A stretch of DNA of 63,311 nucleotides, filler included, from Piptocephalis cylindrospora (Eukaryota): assembly GCA_003614145.1 (NCBI GenBank). It is 13 parts of 13 records of this genome, joined end to end, with 100 filler letters (N's around TTAATTAATTAA, not from the genome) between each part and the next. Parts side by side here need not be neighbours in the genome. Positions count along the whole stretch, not along the records: positions 58,551 to 63,311 come from KZ988482.1; 12 more parts are not named here. The stretch is one strand, 5' to 3'. A model generated the notes under the pieces. That model ran no database searches and was not told the origin of the DNA. It saw only the letters and a program-made list of their open reading frames with translations. The stretch's first letter is position 1. Each line of letters begins with the position of its first letter. Of this stretch, positions 62,987-63,311 are shown one piece after another. The position numbers and the translations under genes are program-made.

Positions 62987-63311
62987 TTCGAGGCTAATTT
63001 GAGGAAAGCTTCAGTGAAAGATAGAGGAGGAGAGAAGAATCGTGAGTGAGAGTGATGGCTGTGGCTGAGATTGGCTAGGGAGGATAAAGGATGAGGGAAG
63101 ACGTCAAGGCAAAGATGAAGTAGAGGGGAGGGGGGGGGAAGAAGAAGGGAAAAAGGACGGGGGAAAAAGGGAGACAAAAAAAAAAGAAAGTGGGGGGGGC
63201 CAGCCTCCACAAAAAATTCCTTTTTTTTTCCCGCGGAGGGGACCCGCTCATGGCCCTGCCTCCTCCCATTTTCCCAGCCCCTTTCCCCACTAGAGTGCAA
63301 ATATCATCACC

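Noticed and set aside
1..63311. tRNA, rRNA, snRNA, TPP riboswitch or hammerhead ribozyme
   Set aside because: No convincing consensus found by eye. CTGATGA hits lack the surrounding stems. An Infernal/tRNAscan run would be needed to exclude them formally.

Overview
Eukaryotic (fungal) DNA, not one locus: 13 unrelated contigs of about 4.7-4.8 kb, nearly size-sorted and joined by artificial 100-bp N44-TTAATTAATTAA-N44 spacers. Short GT-AG introns with CTRAC-type branch sites, compact genes and gene content suggest an early-diverging fungus, possibly Zoopagales-like (inference, not verifiable here). Recognisable genes, many truncated by contig ends: DDHD phospholipase, HSF/Skn7-like factor, LRR protein, RIB1, Mpv17/SYM1, VPS17, MTQ1, ILV3, SKI2, EFM4, malic enzyme, a DnaJ protein, ELP4, a Cid-type nucleotidyltransferase, a PHD/DDT-like chromatin protein, SEC3, SSL1, an amino-acid permease and a DENND11-like protein. 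The most notable signal is a gene almost invisible to the ORF track at 39077-42580. It has at least 19 exons, mostly micro-exons, including 13 consecutive phase-0 symmetric exons, and splices into one open frame of 343 aa (MEG-like architecture). Also notable: a GPI-type cerato-platanin-like protein, a FANCE homologue, a head-to-head fusion of two 5'-truncated genes, diverged inverted repeats bounding one contig, and a shared LTR-like terminus on two contigs.
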